Part shown: positions 9,168-18,375 of the stretch, piece by piece | How positions within the stretch are numbered: position 1 is the stretch's first letter | Layout: each line of letters starts with the position of its first letter | Source of the DNA: Candidatus Omnitrophota bacterium | GTDB lineage: Bacteria; Ratteibacteria; UBA8468; MWAK01 | NCBI GenBank assembly: GCA_043826355.1 | Contig: JBDRQI010000012.1 | Span: 10,065 to 74,064 of the forward strand | DNA length: 64,000 bases | Direction: 5' to 3' | Notes under the pieces: generated by a model | The model's database searches: none | What the model was told of the DNA's origin: nothing | Seen by the model: the letters and a program-made list of their open reading frames with translations, nothing else | Made by a program: the position numbers and the translations under genes

Positions 9168-9986
9168 TTACAATAATGGGGTTAAAAACTCCTTCGCTTT
9201 TAAAATATCCTCTACCTGCTGCGGGCCGGAAATTTCTCTTTCAATCGTCAGGGCGCCCCGGTAGCCGTAACTCTTCAGTTTGGGTATCAGTTTCGGAAAA
9301 TCGACGCGGCCTTCGCCCAAAGGTTTTTCCTGTCCCAGCCGCAGTCCGTCAACCGGATATTCGCCGTCTTTGGCGTGGACCCCCCGGACGAATTTTCCGA
9401 ATACGTCTAACGCATCCACCGGGTTGGCTTTGCCGTAAAGCAGGAGGTTAGCCGGGTCAAGGTTGATGCCCAGGTTGGGCAGGTTGATATCACCGATGGT
9501 CCTCAGGAGGGTGACCGGCGTCTCCTGGCCGGTTTCAAAACAAAAGAATTGTTTGTTCCGCTGGCAGTGAGCCGCTATTTCCCGGAGCGCAGTCACCAGG
9601 CCAGGGTAGAGGGAGTCGTTAGGATTTTCCGGAATAAATCCGGCGTGGGTGCATACATCCGGAACTCCAATCTCCCCGGCAAAGTCAGAACCCTTCTTGA
9701 GGGTTTCTATACGGACGTACCGGTATTCCGGCGGTATCAGGCCCAGAGTTGCCGGGCCTTCAGTAAAGTTCCAGGTTGCTGGTCCCGGCCAGCCTACCCA
9801 GAGCAGGGTTATTTTAATGCCTAACTTCCGGGTTGCCTCTTTTACCATCGCGGCGTTTTCCGGGGTGAAAAGGTTTTGGTTCCAACAGACCAACTGGCAG
9901 GTTTCAAAACCCATTTCACTTGTTTTCTTAAGACTTTTACCGCCTTCTTCCAGGGAGGCGATTACCCCCAATTTCAGTTTTTCCAT
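9168..9986 (-). CDS. sugar phosphate isomerase/epimerase (xylose-isomerase-like TIM barrel)
   Basis: FETGQE, NLDPANL, HAKDG, GEGRVDF, TIERE. Confidence 0.88.
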   Translation of the reverse strand: MEKLKLGVIASLEEGGKSLKKTSEMGFETCQLVCWNQNLFTPENAAMVKEATRKLGIKITLLWVGWPGPATWNFTEGPATLGLIPPEYRYVRIETLKKGSDFAGEIGVPDVCTHAGFIPENPNDSLYPGLVTALREIAAHCQRNKQFFCFETGQETPVTLLRTIGDINLPNLGINLDPANLLLYGKANPVDALDVFGKFVRGVHAKDGEYPVDGLRLGQEKPLGEGRVDFPKLIPKLKSYGYRGALTIEREISGPQQVEDILKAKEFLTPLL

Positions 9987-9994
9987 TTTCCGCT

Positions 9995-10028
9995 TGTAAT
10001 TGCGAACGCATTTTGCGCGGCAATTCCG
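9995..10028. repeat. palindromic element family B (TGTCATTGCGA..GCGGCAATC)
   Basis: TGTAATTGCGAACGCATTTTGCGCGGCAATTCCG; compare 55590-55623. Confidence 0.65.
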
Positions 10029-10029
10029 T

Positions 10030-11325
10030 TTAGAATTGAGCTGTCAAATTTTTCAGCGTTTCCCGTTTCCGGATAATGCAGCTCTTCTTTCCGGAAATCA
10101 GAACCTCAGCCGGCCTCAGCCGGCCGTTGTAATTAGATGACATCGCAAAACCGTAGGCGCCGGTTTCGCCTATTAGGAGAAGGTCACCTTCTTTAAGTGT
10201 ATTCGGCAACAAACGTTCTTTTCCCAGAAAGTCGCCCGATTCGCAGACCGGACCGACCACGTCAAAGAAAACCAACTCCTCTGTTACTTCTTTTGTGGGC
10301 CAGATATGGTGAAACGCCTCGTAAAGCGCCGGACGGATAAGGTCGTTCATTCCGGCGTCAACGACCAGGAATCTCTTGTGGGGGCGGTCCTTGCGGTAGA
10401 TAACCCGGGTCAGCAGGAAACCGGCCGGCGCAATGAAGTGACGGCCCGGCTCAAATATTACTCTAATACCCTCCCCCCTGGCGGGGACGGGTGCCCTTTC
10501 CAAAGCGCTGGAAAGGGGGTGTACGCGGTGGGGGGACAGATTAAACTTTTTTATCGCTCCGCAAATTGCTTTTCCGAAGATTTCAATTTCAGCCATCTCT
10601 GTGTCGTATGTAATGGGAAACCCGCCGCCCAGGTCCAGGAATTGGAAGGGATAGATTTGGTGGAGCCGCTGTGCCTCCTTGATCGCTTTCAGATATGGTT
10701 CCGGGGAATCTATCTGGGAACCGAGGTGGAGATGCAGTCCGTTGATTTTTAGATTCGGAAAGTCAACCGGTTTTTTTAAAACCGAAACAACCTCTGTTTC
10801 GGTCAATCCGAACTTATTCTCCTTCTTGCCGGTAGAGATGTAGCGATGTCCGCCGGCCGCAATATCCGGGTTGAGGCGGAGAAGCGCGGTAATCACCCTC
10901 TTCTGTTTTGAAGACAGTCGATTCAGGGTGGCGAGTTCCGGCAGGGACTCTACGCTGAAAAAAGAGATGCCTTTTTTCAAGCCGAACTCAATTTCATCTT
11001 CCCTTTTACCAACTCCTTCCATGATGATATTTTGCGGGGCAAACCCGGCGGTCAGGGCGATGGTAAGTTCTCCGGGTGAAATTACGTCGGTGCCGCAGCC
11101 GGCTGATTTCAGAATTTTGAGCAGGTGGAGGTTGGAGTTCGCCTTACAACTATACCTGATTATCGGCGCAATTCCGGAGAAGGCCTTTTGAAATCGACTG
11201 ACGCTTTCCCGAATCGCCTTTTCGCTGTAAATGTAAAGGGGCGTGCCGTACTTTTCCGCCAGCGCGGAAATACGGCATCCCTCAATAAACCCCTTCCCCT
11301 TCTGGTAATTAAAGTATTTATTCAT
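10030..11325 (-). CDS. lysA: diaminopimelate decarboxylase carrying an in-frame palindromic insertion
   Basis: YSCKAN (PLP Lys), HLGSQI, DLGGG, EPGR, GPVCESGD, GAYGFAMSSNYN. Confidence 0.96.
   Translation of the reverse strand: MNKYFNYQKGKGFIEGCRISALAEKYGTPLYIYSEKAIRESVSRFQKAFSGIAPIIRYSCKANSNLHLLKILKSAGCGTDVISPGELTIALTAGFAPQNIIMEGVGKREDEIEFGLKKGISFFSVESLPELATLNRLSSKQKRVITALLRLNPDIAAGGHRYISTGKKENKFGLTETEVVSVLKKPVDFPNLKINGLHLHLGSQIDSPEPYLKAIKEAQRLHQIYPFQFLDLGGGFPITYDTEMAEIEIFGKAICGAIKKFNLSPHRVHPLSSALERAPVPARGEGIRVIFEPGRHFIAPAGFLLTRVIYRKDRPHKRFLVVDAGMNDLIRPALYEAFHHIWPTKEVTEELVFFDVVGPVCESGDFLGKERLLPNTLKEGDLLLIGETGAYGFAMSSNYNGRLRPAEVLISGKKSCIIRKRETLKNLTAQF
10469..10537. repeat. composite family-E element inside lysA
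   Basis: CCCTCCCCCCTGGCGGGGACGGGTG then CCCTTTCCA-aagcgc-TGGAAAGGG; same element as in speB, opposite orientation. Confidence 0.88.
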
Positions 11326-11333
11326 AATTTTTA

Positions 11334-11384
11334 TGTAGGGGTCGGATAAATCCGACCCGCGGATCGGATGAATCTGACCCCTAC
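11334..11384. repeat. GTAG-type REP doublet (family D)
   Basis: TGTAGGGGTCGGATAAATCCGACCC..GGATCGGATGAATCTGACCCCTAC; near-identical to 36822. Confidence 0.9.
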
Positions 11385-12760
11385 TTAAGCACTTTAGTCC
11401 ACTTTTGAAGTTGTTCGGTGACCATATCCGGATTGGTAGAGCCGGCGGTCTTCCGGTTCCGGACGGAATTTTTGGCCGAGAGAATTTCTTTGACCTTTTG
11501 GTCGAAAAGTTTGGAGAACTGTTTCAACTGCACTAGAGAGAGATTGGACAAGTTGCTTTTTTTTGCGTCCGCATATTTTATCACTTCGCCGACAATCTGA
11601 TGCGCTTCCCGGAACGGCACGCCCTTTTTGACCAGGAATTCAGCCAGGTCGAATGCGCCAAGATATCCGGTCTCCACGGATTTTTCCACGGCGCCGACGT
11701 TTACTCTTGTCTTGAGAATCATGGAAGCAAGGATTTTCAGAGAATTGTGCACAATATCTGCCGCGGCGAAGAAGGGTGCTTTATCTTCCTGGAGATCCCG
11801 GTTGTAAGAGAGCGGCAGGCCCTTAAGCGTGGTTAAAAGACTTATTAATCCGCCGAAGACGATACCGGTCTTGCCCCGGATTAATTCCGGGATGTCCGGG
11901 TTCTTCTTCTGGGGAAGTGCGCTGCTTCCGGTGCAATATTCCGCCGAAATATCGAGGTAATTAAATTCCGCGGTGCTCCAGAGGACCATCTCTTCGCAAA
12001 TCCGGGAAAGGTGTATGGAAACAAGTGCAAGGTCAGATAGGACCTCAACCAGAAAATCCCGATCGCTGACCGCATCCAGACTGTTGGCAAAAATTTTCGG
12101 GAACCCTAAAAGTTTTGCCGTATATTCCGGTTTCAGCGGTAGCGAAGAACCACCGCCGGCGCCGGCTCCCAGCGGCGAAATATTAACCCGGACAAATGCG
12201 TCGGAAAGCCGGTCCCGGTCCCGCTGAAACATCTCCAGGTAGGCCAGTACCCAGTGGCTGAAGAGAATGGGCTGGGAATGCTGCAGGTGGGTAAATGCCG
12301 GCATAATCAGGTTTGGATATTTATTCGCCCATACAAGAAACGCTTTCTGTAATTCTTTTATCTTCCCGTCAAGCCGGTTGATTAAATCCCGGACGTAAAG
12401 ACGCTCGTCCAGGACAATCTGGTCGTTGCGGCTGCGGCCGGTGTGCAGTTTTCCGGCCAAATCACCTATCTTTTCGTAGAGCCGGCGTTCCACCGCGGTG
12501 TGGATATCCTCTTCGGATAATTTAAAAACAAAGGTCCCGTTTTTCAGTTCCGCTTTGATTTCAGAGAGCCCAGACACTATTTTTTTAATTTCTGTTCCGT
12601 TGAGCAGGCCGACTTGCTCCAGCATTTTGGCGTGGGCGATACTGCCCTCTACGTCGTATTTTGCCAGGCGCCTGTCAGCATCCAGAGAATTGGAAAACGC
12701 CTCGGCTGCCTTCGCCGGTTTTTGGTCGAACCTGCCTCCCCACAACCGTTTGGTTTTCAT
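11381..12760 (-). CDS. argH: argininosuccinate lyase
   Basis: LWGGRF, HTGRSRNDQ, THLQ, GSSALPQKKNPD, YNRDLQEDK; start placed at MKTKRLW. Confidence 0.97.
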   Translation of the reverse strand: MKTKRLWGGRFDQKPAKAAEAFSNSLDADRRLAKYDVEGSIAHAKMLEQVGLLNGTEIKKIVSGLSEIKAELKNGTFVFKLSEEDIHTAVERRLYEKIGDLAGKLHTGRSRNDQIVLDERLYVRDLINRLDGKIKELQKAFLVWANKYPNLIMPAFTHLQHSQPILFSHWVLAYLEMFQRDRDRLSDAFVRVNISPLGAGAGGGSSLPLKPEYTAKLLGFPKIFANSLDAVSDRDFLVEVLSDLALVSIHLSRICEEMVLWSTAEFNYLDISAEYCTGSSALPQKKNPDIPELIRGKTGIVFGGLISLLTTLKGLPLSYNRDLQEDKAPFFAAADIVHNSLKILASMILKTRVNVGAVEKSVETGYLGAFDLAEFLVKKGVPFREAHQIVGEVIKYADAKKSNLSNLSLVQLKQFSKLFDQKVKEILSAKNSVRNRKTAGSTNPDMVTEQLQKWTKVLK

Positions 12761-12776
12761 AATTTCACACAAATAT

Positions 12777-12863
12777 TGTAGGGGCGCGATTCATCGCGCC
12801 CGCCCCATAGAAGGCAACATCCGTCTATACGGTGCCCGCGGGTCGCATGAATGCGACCCCTAC
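12777..12863. repeat. GTAG-type REP doublet (family D)
   Basis: TGTAGGGGCGCGATTCATCGCGCCC..GGGTCGCATGAATGCGACCCCTAC. Confidence 0.9.
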
Positions 12864-12879
12864 GTTAATAAATAATTCG

Positions 12880-13902
12880 TTATTCCCGTATTTCGCAAAA
12901 GGGTTTGGCGGAGGTTTTTTTTATTCCGCCGACCCGGTAATAATTTTCCTTCTTTTTCGCAAGGAACCGGCCGATTTTTTCCGCTTCCGTTGCTCCGGCG
13001 ATGATAACCATGCCGATGCCCAGGTTGAAGGTGCGCGCCATTTCGTCTTCGGAGAGTTTGCCTTTCTGCTGAATCAGGGAGAAAATCTCCGGTATTTTCC
13101 AGGCAGAGCGGTTGAGCACGGCTTTTGTCCCTTCGGGCAGGACCCGCGGGATGTTTTCCAGGAGTCCGCCGCCGGTAATGTGCGCCAGGCCCTTGACTTC
13201 AAATTTCCGGATAATCTCCAGAATTAACTTGACGTAGATGCGGGTGGGTTTTAACAGGGTCAACCCCAAATTTTTATTTTTCCGCATCGCAGTTTCCGGG
13301 AATAATTTCCTGACCAGGGAGAACCCGTTGCTGTGCAGTCCGCTGCTGGCCAGGCCCAGCATGGCATCACCGGCTCCGATTTTGGAACCGTCAATCATCC
13401 GGGTCTTTTCCACCACGCCTACCGCAAACCCGGCCAGGTCAAAACCATCTTTACCGTAAACGTCGGCCATCTGGGCTGTTTCTCCGCCCAGGAGAGCGCA
13501 GCCGGCCTGCCGGCATCCCTCGGCAATTCCTTTCATGATTTCCAGGTCCCGGCGTTTTTTTATCCGGCCGACGGCAAGGTAGTCAAGGAAGAGGATGGGC
13601 TGGCTGCCGCAGGTTAAAATATCATTGACCGACATTGCCACCAGGTCAATGCCAATGGTATCATATTTAGACAGGGCTTCAGCCAGCAGTATCTTGGTGC
13701 CGACTCCGTCGGTGCCGGAAACTAAAACCGGTTCCCGATATTTGAAAATAGGCAGGGCGAACGAGCCGAAAAAGAGGCCAATTTCGCCCAGCACTCCGGG
13801 TATCCGGGTTGTTTTTGCCAATTGTTTTATGCCGGAGACCAGATTTTTGGCCGCGTTTATATCAACGCCCGATTCTTTGTATTTTATCACGCTAATTTGC
13901 AT
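12880..13902 (-). CDS. purM: phosphoribosylformylglycinamidine cyclo-ligase (AIR synthetase)
   Basis: YKESGVDI, TDGVGTK, GGETA, SSGLHSNGFS, HITGGG, FNLGIG. Confidence 0.97.
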   Translation of the reverse strand: MQISVIKYKESGVDINAAKNLVSGIKQLAKTTRIPGVLGEIGLFFGSFALPIFKYREPVLVSGTDGVGTKILLAEALSKYDTIGIDLVAMSVNDILTCGSQPILFLDYLAVGRIKKRRDLEIMKGIAEGCRQAGCALLGGETAQMADVYGKDGFDLAGFAVGVVEKTRMIDGSKIGAGDAMLGLASSGLHSNGFSLVRKLFPETAMRKNKNLGLTLLKPTRIYVKLILEIIRKFEVKGLAHITGGGLLENIPRVLPEGTKAVLNRSAWKIPEIFSLIQQKGKLSEDEMARTFNLGIGMVIIAGATEAEKIGRFLAKKKENYYRVGGIKKTSAKPFCEIRE

Positions 13903-13925
13903 CCAAAATTAGAATATACCGGCTA

Positions 13926-14693
13926 TTATTTTAAGCCAAACTTATGAAGGTTATTTAAGCTGATTTTGATGCTCTCCAGCGGGTTACGCTGGCAGATATC
14001 CTGTTCCACCACGTACAGTTTCACGCCGGCTTTTTTACAGGCAGACAGGATAGATTTCCAGTCCAGATTACCTTCGCCGACTTCCGCATATACCTGCGTG
14101 TTGTCTTTTGTTGCGACCATATCTTTCAAATGGACCAGCGGCAGACGGCCGGAATACTTGAAACACCAGGCCGCCGGGTCTCCGCCTCCGAAGGCGACCC
14201 AATAGGTATCCAATTCCGCTTTCAGGTACCTGGGGTCACTCTCCGAATAAATAATTTCCAGACCGGTATTCTTGCCAAACTTTTCAAATTCAAAAGCATG
14301 GTTGTGGTAACAGAGGGTAATTTTGTGTTTGGCCAGGATTTTCCCGATTTTTGACAACTCCCTGGCCAGCTTCCGGTATTCGGCCGGATTACGGTATTTC
14401 TCCGGCACCCACGGACAGACGGCGTATTCGGCGCCCAGAATCTTATGTTCTTCGATTACCAGGTCGGTCTCTTGTATCAGTCTTTCCAGAGACGTGTGCG
14501 TGGAATTTCCGATGAGGCCCTCTCCGTCCAGAATCCGCTTAAGTTCTTTCGTCTCAATCTTGCCCAGACCGGATAATTGGACTATCTGATACCCAATTTT
14601 ACTAACTTTTGCCAGAGTTTTGGCGATATCCTTCGACGTCTGCAGATAATCCCTGAGAGTATACAACGTTACCGCAATCTGCGTCTCTTTCAT
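13926..14693 (-). CDS. sugar phosphate isomerase/epimerase
   Basis: YHNHAFEF, ELDTYW, HLKD, EVGEGNLDW, VEQD. Confidence 0.88.
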   Translation of the reverse strand: MKETQIAVTLYTLRDYLQTSKDIAKTLAKVSKIGYQIVQLSGLGKIETKELKRILDGEGLIGNSTHTSLERLIQETDLVIEEHKILGAEYAVCPWVPEKYRNPAEYRKLARELSKIGKILAKHKITLCYHNHAFEFEKFGKNTGLEIIYSESDPRYLKAELDTYWVAFGGGDPAAWCFKYSGRLPLVHLKDMVATKDNTQVYAEVGEGNLDWKSILSACKKAGVKLYVVEQDICQRNPLESIKISLNNLHKFGLK

Positions 14694-15322
14694 TTTTTTC
14701 CCCTGACTTTTTGGATGAACAGCGCCATTTTTTCCCGGCTCTTCACGCCGGCTTTTTCCTCGACGCCGCCGGCGACGTCAACCGCAAAGGGTATAACCTG
14801 GCGGCATGCAGCGGCCACATTTTCAACTGTAAGGCCGCCGGCCAGAAATATCGGTTTGCCCAAATCTGTTGCTTTGATTGCCAGGTCCCAGGGAAACGCC
14901 TGGCCGGTTCCGCCGTATAAATCTTTCGCCCTGGCGTCCAGTAGAAAATAGTCCGCTGAATCCCGGTATTTTTCCAGCGGTTTTAAATCCGCTTCGGTTG
15001 CCAGCCGGAACGCCTTGATAACCGGACGGCCGGTTATCACCCTGACCTGGGAGCAAAAACGCGGTGTTTCGTTTCCGTGTAATTGGATTACGTCGGCGCC
15101 GGATTTCTCCGCCGCTCTGGCGATGTCCTCCAGTTTGCTGTTTACGAAGACCAGTACTTTCTGGGCCGTCTTGACCTTTCCGGTCAGTTTCTTTAAGTCA
15201 TTCAACGACACAAAACGGGGGCTTTTCGGATAGAGGTTGAAGCCGATAAAGTCCGCCTTAAACTCTTCGGCCCACTGCACCTCTTCCGGGCGTTTCAGCC
15301 CGCAAAACTTTATTTTAACCAA
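14690..15322 (-). CDS. trpF: phosphoribosylanthranilate isomerase
   Basis: KFCGL, SPR, QLHG, GGTG, LAGGL, VDVAGGVE. Confidence 0.95.
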   Translation of the reverse strand: MVKIKFCGLKRPEEVQWAEEFKADFIGFNLYPKSPRFVSLNDLKKLTGKVKTAQKVLVFVNSKLEDIARAAEKSGADVIQLHGNETPRFCSQVRVITGRPVIKAFRLATEADLKPLEKYRDSADYFLLDARAKDLYGGTGQAFPWDLAIKATDLGKPIFLAGGLTVENVAAACRQVIPFAVDVAGGVEEKAGVKSREKMALFIQKVRGKK

Positions 15323-15338
15323 TGTTAATACGACCCTG

Positions 15339-15413
15339 TGTCATTCTGAGTGTAGCGAAGAATCCCGTTCTCAATAAATGCGAGATCCTTCGCAACCGCG
15401 GCTCAGGATGACA
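15339..15413. repeat. palindromic element family A, overlapping trpA stop
   Basis: TGTCATTCTGAG..GAAGAATCCCG..CGAGATCCTTCG..CTCAGGATGACA. Confidence 0.9.
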
Positions 15414-16191
15414 CTTTTGCAAGAGAAACGGTAAATTTTTTGGCCGCGCTCAGGTAATTCTTACCTGCTTTTTCGATACAATCCAGGAGCGCGCTGCCTA
15501 TGATTACGCCGTCCACAAAAGGCAGGACTTCTTTTGCCTGCGAAGCGTTGCTGACACCAAAACCAAGGCAGACCGGTTTCCCGGTGTAGCGTCGAATCTG
15601 TGCAATCTTATTCCGGACATCTTCCGGCAGCGACCTTCTGGCGCCGGTCACCCCGGTTACGGAGACATAGTAGATAAAAGGATAACTTGTTTTGCTGACC
15701 AGCTTTATTCTTTCCGGTGTGCTGGTCGGCGCCAGGAGAAAGATCAGTCCGATTTCAGTTTTCTGGATTAAGCGGAGCAATTCTTGCGCTTCATCCGGCG
15801 GCAGGTCCGGGCAAATGAGGCCGTCCACACCCGCCTTTTTACACCCGGCGATAAAATTGGTAAGTCCGCAGGACAGAATTGGATTATAGTATCCCATCAA
15901 AATAATCGGCACCCGGCTCTTTTGCCTGATTCGGGCCACGGTTCGGAAAATCCTGGTCAGGTTGGTTCCGGAGGCGAGCGCGGCTGCGCTGGTCCGTTGG
16001 ATGGTAATGCCGTCGGCAATTGGGTCGGAGAACGGCACGCCCAATTCAATGATGTCCGCGCCGGCTTTTTCCAGTTCCGGCACCAGTTTTTCGGTGGCGG
16101 CCAGGTTTGGATAACCGGCGGTCAGGTAGAGAATAAGCGCCTTCTTATTCTCTTTTTTAAGTTGTTTAAGTTTTTCTGCTATCCGGTTCAT
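15403..16191 (-). CDS. trpA: tryptophan synthase alpha chain
   Basis: ELGVPFSDPIADG, MGYYNP, GVTGAR, GFGV, DGVIIGSA. Confidence 0.97.
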   Translation of the reverse strand: MNRIAEKLKQLKKENKKALILYLTAGYPNLAATEKLVPELEKAGADIIELGVPFSDPIADGITIQRTSAAALASGTNLTRIFRTVARIRQKSRVPIILMGYYNPILSCGLTNFIAGCKKAGVDGLICPDLPPDEAQELLRLIQKTEIGLIFLLAPTSTPERIKLVSKTSYPFIYYVSVTGVTGARRSLPEDVRNKIAQIRRYTGKPVCLGFGVSNASQAKEVLPFVDGVIIGSALLDCIEKAGKNYLSAAKKFTVSLAKVSS

Positions 16192-16202
16192 CTTAAATAT
16201 TT

Positions 16203-16252
16203 CCCCTCACTTTAATCCTCTACTTTAATCCTCTCCCCGCTGGGGTGAAGGG
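16203..16252. repeat. family-E element overlapping trpB 3' end, with a 13-bp tandem duplication
   Basis: CCCCTC-ACTTTAATCCTCT-ACTTTAATCCTCT-CCCCGCTGGGGTGAAGGG. Confidence 0.75.
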
Positions 16253-17413
16253 TGTTCTGTCAACTCTCAGCACCTCTTGCAAATCTTTGTCGCCTCTTCC
16301 GGAAAGGCACATTATCACCAATTGCCCGGCAAATTTCTTTTTATTCTTTAGCAGGTAAGCTAGGCTGTGAGAAGATTCCAGGGCCGGGATGATTCCTTCA
16401 ACTTCGGAAAGAAGGTGGAAGGCGGACAGCGCTTCCTTATCGGTAACCGAAACGTATTTTGCCCGGCGGTTTTCCTTATAAAAACTGTGTTCCGGTCCGA
16501 CGCCCGGGTAGTCCAGGCCGGGTGCTACGGAATGGGCTATTTTAATCTGCCCGTTTTTATCCTGGAGCAGGTAACTGTAAGTTCCGTGCAGGACGCCGGG
16601 GCGTCCGACGCCAAGGGTGACTGCGTGTTTTCCGCTGGCGATGCCCATTCCGGCCGCTTCCACGCCGATAAACTTGACCGGGTCCCGGAGAAAAGGATAA
16701 AAGAGGCCGATACTATTACTGCCGCCGCCTACGCAGGCAACCAGGGTCTCCGGCAGCCGGCCTTCAACCCGTAAGATTTGTTTGCGGGTTTCCCGGCCGA
16801 TGACCGATTGGAGATTGCGGACGATGGTCGGAAAAGGATGGGGGCCTGCTACGGTTCCGAAAAGATAATAGGTGTTGCGGACATTGGTTACCCAGTCGCG
16901 CAGCGCTTCGTTGATGGCGTCCTTCAGGGTCTGGCTTCCGCTCTGGACCGGGATTACCTCGGCGCCGCAGAGCCGCATCCGGTAGACGTTTGATTTCTGG
17001 CGTTCAATGTCGACCTTGCCCATGAAGATGGCGCACTTCAGGTCCAGGAGCGCGCAGGCGACGGCGGTGGCTACGCCGTGCTGACCGGCGCCGGTCTCCG
17101 CGATAACCCGGGTTTTGCCCATCATCTTGGCCAGCAAGGCCTGACCCAGGGTATTGTTAATTTTGTGGGCACCGGAGTGGAGTAGGTCTTCCCTTTTCAG
17201 GTAGAGTTTAAAGTTCAGGCGCCGGGAAATGTTTTGCGCGTGGTAAAGCGGGGTGGGACGGCCGGCATAATTGGCAAGCAGGTTATTAAATCGGGTTTTA
17301 AATTCCCGGCTTTGGCCGATGGTACGGTAGGCCGTTTCCACTTCGGAAAGGGCCGGGACCAGGGTTTCCGGGACAAAGCGTCCGCCGAATTTGCCGAAAT
17401 ATCCTTTACGCAT
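16220..17413 (-). CDS. trpB: tryptophan synthase beta chain
   Basis: [39 protein letters not shown]. Confidence 0.98.
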   Translation of the reverse strand: MRKGYFGKFGGRFVPETLVPALSEVETAYRTIGQSREFKTRFNNLLANYAGRPTPLYHAQNISRRLNFKLYLKREDLLHSGAHKINNTLGQALLAKMMGKTRVIAETGAGQHGVATAVACALLDLKCAIFMGKVDIERQKSNVYRMRLCGAEVIPVQSGSQTLKDAINEALRDWVTNVRNTYYLFGTVAGPHPFPTIVRNLQSVIGRETRKQILRVEGRLPETLVACVGGGSNSIGLFYPFLRDPVKFIGVEAAGMGIASGKHAVTLGVGRPGVLHGTYSYLLQDKNGQIKIAHSVAPGLDYPGVGPEHSFYKENRRAKYVSVTDKEALSAFHLLSEVEGIIPALESSHSLAYLLKNKKKFAGQLVIMCLSGRGDKDLQEVLRVDRTPFTPAGRGLK

Positions 17414-17479
17414 TCTGTAAAGAATACCATTTTCAACCCTTTTTATTCAAGTGTTTTTGTTTTTGACGGCAACTAAAAT

Positions 17480-18370
17480 TCACCCAATTTCAGTTAGTTT
17501 TTTGCAGGTTAAAAAATCTGCGTTGTACGTTTTCTTGAGTCCGGCAATAAAACGTTCCAGTTCTTTAAGCGCTTTCTGCCCGCAACTCTTGACAATAAAC
17601 GGGTCCGGTACCACCGTCCCTTCCCCGAAGCGGAACTTATTGGGCAGGGAGATAAATTCCCAGGGGTGGAAATAGAAACAGACCACCGGAGTTTTGGTCT
17701 TGTCTCTTGCGTTAAGATGCTTGACAAAATTATCCACCATCTTGATTAAGACCGCAGCGCCTTTTGTCCGGAAGACCGGCCATTGGTCCAGGTCACGACC
17801 GTAGGGGTCCTTACTCTTTTTGGTGATATCCGCGAAGCAAGGTATTTCTAAAACTTTACTATTGCCTTCTTCCAGCCAGTTGCTACGGCTCGGGTGGTAG
17901 GGAAAGAGTTGTTTTCGGTAATAAAAAAGAGGATATGATGCGTCGGCAAGATAGCCCAGCTCTTCCAGGACGTTGACCATTACCGTGCTGCCCCAGAGCC
18001 GTGGTGCCCGGAAAGAGACCATCTTTACGCCGGCTGCTTTTGTAACAACTTCGGTTGCTTTCTTTAACCGGAACGGAACCTCTTCCGGCAGGAGGGGTTT
18101 TACCCCGGGGATGGGAAAGATTTCTTCGCCAATAGTTTCGTGGTAAAGGGAGTGGCAGCCGACTTCATGGCCGGTCCTGATAACTTCTCTGGCCTTCTTC
18201 GGGAATTTCTCCGCGGATTCACCGGTAAAGAAGAAAGTTGCCTCAACTTGCTGACGCTTGAAAAGTTCCAGCAGGCGGGGAATGCCTTTTTCCACCCCCT
18301 GATAGTAAGGTGTCCAGCTTCCGACGTCGGTCTCCACGTCAATGCCGATAACTACCTTTATTTCTGTCAT
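17480..18370 (-). CDS. polysaccharide deacetylase family protein
   Basis: IDVETD, ATFFF, HEVGCHSLYH, FRAP, YFHPWE. Confidence 0.85.
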   Translation of the reverse strand: MTEIKVVIGIDVETDVGSWTPYYQGVEKGIPRLLELFKRQQVEATFFFTGESAEKFPKKAREVIRTGHEVGCHSLYHETIGEEIFPIPGVKPLLPEEVPFRLKKATEVVTKAAGVKMVSFRAPRLWGSTVMVNVLEELGYLADASYPLFYYRKQLFPYHPSRSNWLEEGNSKVLEIPCFADITKKSKDPYGRDLDQWPVFRTKGAAVLIKMVDNFVKHLNARDKTKTPVVCFYFHPWEFISLPNKFRFGEGTVVPDPFIVKSCGQKALKELERFIAGLKKTYNADFLTCKKLTEIG

Positions 18371-18375
18371 TGTTT

